Sequence record: SRR2962707_3478
Reading direction: 5' to 3' (one strand)
Length of the DNA stretch: 32,605 nt
Of the stretch, positions 28,457 to 32,605 are shown piece by piece. A program made the position numbers and the translations under genes. Within the stretch, counting starts at the first letter, position 1, and each line of letters begins with the position of its first letter. The notes under the pieces were generated by a model. It had not been told where the DNA came from. It made no database searches and saw nothing but the letters and a program-made list of their open reading frames with translations.

Positions 28457-29628
28457 ATAACTTTTAATGGGGAGCTTAGTTTTTTAGCAAAGTCTGAAAG
28501 ATAGGCTTCCCATTCTTTTTGAGAAGTAAATTCTCCTGCTTTTTTCCATCCAAATCCTGCGTAATAAGTTACCTTATTATTGTTTAAATTTAGCGTAGCA
28601 AAAAGGTTGCTCTCGTCTGTTTTATTGGTAATATATTTATCAAAATTAACTATGTTTTCTGGAGCTGTTACAATTCCCATCCCTAATTCAGAATCGGCAT
28701 GAGGTTCCCAATAACTCATCCAACCTTCCTTTTTATTGGTGTTGGTGTTACCTTTTTGTTCATGAAGTGTTATTCCAGGTGAGATAGAATTTACGCCTTC
28801 TACTTGAAGCGTTATTCTTGATACATTCTGACCGTAATCAAGAGAGATGATTTTCTTTTCAGAAATGGTTTTTCCGTTAGCATCCCAAGCTTCATAAGTA
28901 AGTTCAAAGCTGGTACGCAATGGACCGTTGGTAATTGTTTTCCAACTGGTAAAGTTTTTTGAAAAGTAATAAGAGGTGTCTACTTTTTTGGCAATTCCAC
29001 CAATACCACGACTACTCCCAACATGAAAATTGTCAAGTCCTTCCCCAGTATCTTCATGATAAGTACCCGTTCCAGAAACATATTTTTTGTACCATTTATT
29101 AATAATTGGATATTCAACACGTTTTAGCCAAGCGTCAATTCCGCTAGAAAGCGTTCCGCCTGGCACACTATCTTCTACCATTTTTTGAGCTACGGGGCCA
29201 TAAGTTCTAAAAGCAACTTTGTTATTTTCCCATGCATAATCGTCGGTTCTTTCTGGAACAAAACGAGAATAGCATACAGTAGCTGTGTCTGCTGGAGACT
29301 TATCTTTCTTCGGATAAATTTCAAATTTTATTTCAGAAGAAGCATTAATTTTTGGTTGAAATAAAAGCACATCCCACTTTCCGTCGTCATCAATATCAAT
29401 TAATTGAGAAGTTAATTCAGATTTGTCTTCTGCATTTCTAACTCCCCAATAATTATATGCTTCGTCTAGCGCATCTGGGGCTAAATCTTTTAAATTAATT
29501 TCAACAGTTTCAAATTTCCTGTCGAGATTCAATTCGTTTTTAACAGTAATAATTTTTCCATCATTACTACAAGAAATAGCAAATAATGAAGCGAAAACGA
29601 GGAAGTATGCTTTTACTTTTTTATTCAT
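28450..29628 (-). CDS. DUF4861 family lipoprotein
   Basis: Lipobox FAISC; YSRFVPERTDDYAWEN, FRTYGP, SSGIDAWLK, YHEDTGEGLD and YYAGFGW motifs. Confidence 0.85.
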   Translation of the reverse strand: MNKKVKAYFLVFASLFAISCSNDGKIITVKNELNLDRKFETVEINLKDLAPDALDEAYNYWGVRNAEDKSELTSQLIDIDDDGKWDVLLFQPKINASSEIKFEIYPKKDKSPADTATVCYSRFVPERTDDYAWENNKVAFRTYGPVAQKMVEDSVPGGTLSSGIDAWLKRVEYPIINKWYKKYVSGTGTYHEDTGEGLDNFHVGSSRGIGGIAKKVDTSYYFSKNFTSWKTITNGPLRTSFELTYEAWDANGKTISEKKIISLDYGQNVSRITLQVEGVNSISPGITLHEQKGNTNTNKKEGWMSYWEPHADSELGMGIVTAPENIVNFDKYITNKTDESNLFATLNLNNNKVTYYAGFGWKKAGEFTSQKEWEAYLSDFAKKLSSPLKVIQ

Positions 29629-29648
29629 TTTGGTTAAATTATAAATTT

Positions 29649-30443
29649 TTAATCTTCGTTAGAAGGTTTTCCTATAGTTGCCAAAATACCTCCATCAACA
29701 TACAGTATATGTCCGTTTACAAAATTACTAGCCTGAGAAGCTAAAAATATTGCGGCTCCACCTAAATCTTCTGGTGCTCCCCATTTGGCAGCAGGAGTTC
29801 TGTTAATGATAAATTCGTTAAACGGATGTCCGTCTACACGAATAGGCGCTGTTTGGGAGGTAGCAAAGTACCCAGGTCCAATACCGTTGATTTGGATGTT
29901 GTGCTTAGCCCATTCGGTAGCCATATTTTTGGTTAACATTTTTAAACCTCCTTTGGCAGCGGCATAGGCTCCAACAGTATTTCTACCAAGTTCCGACATC
30001 ATGGAGCAGATATTGATAATTTTCCCGCTTTTACGAGCTATCATACCTTTTACTACATGTTTAGATACTATAAATGGCGCTACTAAATCTACATCAATAA
30101 CCTCTCTAAAAGCCTCAACTTCCATAGTTTCAAGAGGAATTCTCTTTATAATTCCGGCATTATTTACCAAAATATCTATGGCGCCTACTTCTTTTTCTAT
30201 AGAAGCAATGGCTGCTTCTACTTCAGATTCTATAGTTACATTGAATTTGTATCCAAAAGCTTTAATGTTTTCTTTTTTGTAAACTTCTAGTGCATCATCT
30301 ATTTTTTGTTGTGATGAGTTTCCGTTTATAACAATTGTAGCACCGGCTTTTCCAAGTTGCATAGCCATTGCCATTCCTAAACCGTGTGTAGCTCCTGTTA
30401 TTAAAGCTACTTTTCCTTCTATGTTAAATAATGATAAGCTCAT
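29649..30443 (-). CDS. kduD: Gluconate 5-dehydrogenase-family SDR, probably acting as 2-keto-3-deoxygluconate (KduD/DhuD-type) dehydrogenase
   Basis: TGATHGLG, NNAGII, NICSMMSELGR, YAAAK, GIGPGY; translationally coupled to kduI. The function is inferred from context. Confidence 0.85.
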   Translation of the reverse strand: MSLSLFNIEGKVALITGATHGLGMAMAMQLGKAGATIVINGNSSQQKIDDALEVYKKENIKAFGYKFNVTIESEVEAAIASIEKEVGAIDILVNNAGIIKRIPLETMEVEAFREVIDVDLVAPFIVSKHVVKGMIARKSGKIINICSMMSELGRNTVGAYAAAKGGLKMLTKNMATEWAKHNIQINGIGPGYFATSQTAPIRVDGHPFNEFIINRTPAAKWGAPEDLGGAAIFLASQASNFVNGHILYVDGGILATIGKPSNED

Positions 30444-31280
30444 TTATCTTAATTCTTTAATTTTTGCAATATCCATATCAGCATAATCTAAATTCTCTCC
30501 AGCCATTCCCCAAATAAAACTATAATTTGAAGTACCAGAACCTGCATGAATAGACCATGGTGGCGAAATAATTGCTTGGTGATTATGCATCCAAACGTGA
30601 CGAGTTTCTTGTGGTTCCCCCATGAAATGGCAAACAGCTTGTTCTTCTGGAATATCTAAATAGAAATAAATTTCCATTCTTCTGTCATGAACATGAGCAG
30701 GCATAGTGTTCCAAACACTCCCAGTTTTAAGTTCTGTTAATCCCATTTGTAACTGACAAGTTTCTACAATTCCGCCTATAATTAATTGATTTACCGTACG
30801 GTGATTTGCAGTTTCTAAAGAGCCTAATTCTAATTTATTAGCCTCTTGCATGCCTACTTTTTTTGTAGGAAGTTCTTTATGAGCAGGAGCAGAGTTGAAA
30901 TAGAATTTAGCTGGGCTAGTGCTATCTTCACTCTTAAAAACAACATCCTTTTTTCCGCGGCCAATATACAAGGCCTCCTTATGCTCTAAGGTATAGGTTT
31001 CTCCATCAACCGAAACACTTCCTTTTGCTCCAACATTTATAATTCCTAGTTCTCTTCTTTCTAGAAAGTATTCCGCTTTTAGTAAATCAACAGTTTCTAG
31101 TTTTAGTTCTTTCTTTTTAGGAACTGCAGAACCAGCAATATATCTGTCGTAATGAGAATAAGTAAGACTAATCTCATCTTCCTGCATTAAATCGTTTATC
31201 AAGAAAGTCTCTCTTAAGGTGTCCGTATCCATTTGTTTAACTTCTTTCGGACTAGAAGCGTATCTTTTACTGTAAATCAT
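30444..31280 (-). CDS. kduI: 5-dehydro-4-deoxy-D-glucuronate isomerase
   Basis: [56 protein letters not shown]. Confidence 0.97.
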   Translation of the reverse strand: MIYSKRYASSPKEVKQMDTDTLRETFLINDLMQEDEISLTYSHYDRYIAGSAVPKKKELKLETVDLLKAEYFLERRELGIINVGAKGSVSVDGETYTLEHKEALYIGRGKKDVVFKSEDSTSPAKFYFNSAPAHKELPTKKVGMQEANKLELGSLETANHRTVNQLIIGGIVETCQLQMGLTELKTGSVWNTMPAHVHDRRMEIYFYLDIPEEQAVCHFMGEPQETRHVWMHNHQAIISPPWSIHAGSGTSNYSFIWGMAGENLDYADMDIAKIKELR

Positions 31281-31319
31281 AATTTTAATTGTATTATTTA
31301 CGCAAATTACATAAATGTA

Positions 31320-31352
31320 TTTGTTTTTACAATCGATTGTAGCTTAAATTTG
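31320..31352 (+). promoter_or_regulatory. Candidate -33/-7 promoter for the LacI gene
   Basis: TTTG (31320-31323), 21-nt spacer, TAAATTTG (31345-31352); a second TACATTTG lies at 31438-31445. Confidence 0.5.
31328..31341. promoter_or_regulatory. LacI-family operator
   Basis: Perfect 14-bp palindrome TACAATCGATTGTA with the LacI-type AAnCGnTT core, between divergent kduI and lacI-family genes. Confidence 0.8.
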
Positions 31353-31511
31353 TTATATTATTTAATAAGTTGATGAGTATTCATGTTGGTTTGTATGAGA
31401 CAATTAGATATGACCTTATTAATTTATTGGAAATAAGTACATTTGTAGGTGCTAAATATTACTTTTATGTAATTAAATACCCCTTCTGGGGCTTATTATT
31501 TTAATTTTTTG

Positions 31512-32540
31512 ATGAAAAAGAATAAACCGACGATTCATGAGATAGCAAGATTATTGAATATTGATAGTTCAACAGTGTCCCGAGCTCTTAATAACAGTAA
31601 TTTAGTGACCCAAAAAACGAAAGACAAAGTTCTAAAAAAGGCAAAAGAGATTGGGTACCAACGAAATCTTTTAGCTTCAAATTTAAGGAAGAGCAAATCT
31701 AATACCATTGGAGTTATTGTTCCTAGAATTTCAAGGCATTTTTTTTCGTCTACTATTGCAGGAATTGAAGAAGCATCCTATGCGCAAGGTTATAATGTAA
31801 TTATTTGCCAATCCATGGAGAAGCTTGAAAGGGAAATTAAAATTGTAAATAATTTGATTTCAAATAGGGTGGATGGGATATTGGTTTCTGTTTCTATGGA
31901 AACAACTGAAGATACCCATTTAAAACAGTTTGACTTAAGTAATATTCCGTTAGTATTTTTTGATAGAGCTTTATCTGAAATGCCAAATAGTAAAGTTCTT
32001 ATAGATAGTATAAAAGCTTCTTATGATGTAACACAGCATCTTATAGATCAAGGATGTAGGAAAATTGTGCATATAGGAGGACCTGCAACTTTAGATATCT
32101 ATAAAGATAGGTTTAAAGGGTATAAACAGGCATTGCAAGAAAACAATTTACCTTTTGAAGAAAACCGTGTATATACTTCTGCACTTAATGAGCAAGAAGG
32201 AAGAAAAATTATAAAAACACTTATAGATTTAGGGATTGAATTTGACGGGATTTTTTCTGCAAATGACTTAGCAGCTATTGGCGCTATTAAGTATTTAAAA
32301 TCTGTAGGGATTGAAGTGCCTCAAGATGTTGCTGTGGCTGGGTTTAGTAACGAACCGATTTCTGAAGCCATAGAACCATCTTTAACCACTGTAGATCAAT
32401 CGGGTTATGAAATTGGAAGAATAGCGTGTAATTTATTATTAGATAGAATAAGTAGGACAGATAATGAAAGTGCAATAGCTAAATCTGTTACTTTGAGTCC
32501 CACATTAATTATAAGAGAATCTAGTAAAAGGAAGAAGTAA
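31512..32540 (+). CDS. LacI family transcriptional regulator
   Basis: HTH TIHEIARLLNIDSSTVSRALN, hinge YQRNLLASNL, IGVIVP, NDLAAIG, VAGFSN, LTTVDQ, LIIRESS. Confidence 0.96.
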   Translation: MKKNKPTIHEIARLLNIDSSTVSRALNNSNLVTQKTKDKVLKKAKEIGYQRNLLASNLRKSKSNTIGVIVPRISRHFFSSTIAGIEEASYAQGYNVIICQSMEKLEREIKIVNNLISNRVDGILVSVSMETTEDTHLKQFDLSNIPLVFFDRALSEMPNSKVLIDSIKASYDVTQHLIDQGCRKIVHIGGPATLDIYKDRFKGYKQALQENNLPFEENRVYTSALNEQEGRKIIKTLIDLGIEFDGIFSANDLAAIGAIKYLKSVGIEVPQDVAVAGFSNEPISEAIEPSLTTVDQSGYEIGRIACNLLLDRISRTDNESAIAKSVTLSPTLIIRESSKRKK

Positions 32541-32574
32541 CTTTTTTCGTTTTTAAAATTTATTCATTTTGATA

Positions 32575-32605
32575 TAAAAAGAGGCTGTCTAAAAAGTATC
32601 TAAAC
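32575..32605. repeat. Left arm of a probable MITE-like or terminator inverted repeat, truncated by the window edge
   Basis: AAAAAGAGGCTGTCTAAAAAGT resembles GAGGCTGTCT(A/C)AAA...TTT(T/G)AGACAGCCTC intergenic repeats I recall from Flavobacteriaceae; the partner arm is not in the window. Confidence 0.35.

Noticed and set aside
13197..30282. Remaining short ORFs (13197, 14830, 15094, 16160, 17519, 20081, 21256, 23775, 26877, 28094, 29785, 30001)
   Set aside because: All are antisense to long, well-supported genes and have no motifs.
31480..31491. CCCC-TTCT-GGGG mini hairpin in the LacI leader
   Set aside because: A 4-bp stem is too short to support a regulatory or mobile-element call.

Overview
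AT-rich chromosomal window from a member of the Flavobacteriaceae (Bacteroidota), judged from protein families, TAnnTTTG promoter motifs and gene order. It is mostly housekeeping. In order: a Gre-like factor / Nramp-like (YcsG-type) transporter / DUF2891 operon, a sterol desaturase-family gene, mtgA, the yceD-rpmF-fabH-accB-accC cluster, pdxA divergent from riboflavin synthase, a CarboxypepD_reg-like protein, an SDR, an alpha/beta hydrolase, an AddB-like nuclease and AddA-like helicase-nuclease separated by ompA and kbl, a superoxide dismutase, DUF4421, a Zn-metalloprotease lipoprotein, a luciferase-like monooxygenase, and a kduI-kduD-DUF4861 uronate operon divergent from a LacI regulator with a clear operator palindrome. 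I see no rRNA, tRNA, CRISPR array, transposase, prophage or defence system. Non-coding signals include a Flavo-1-like structured element, a REP-like 27-bp insert with an 8-bp direct repeat inside a terminator hairpin, several other REP/IS-end-like palindromes, and a long structured pdxA leader. I cannot support a clearly new biological system. The best leads are the DUF2891 plus metal-site-less Nramp-like transporter plus Gre-like operon, and the LacI-controlled kduI-kduD-DUF4861 module. Family assignments are by motif recognition from memory, not database searches.
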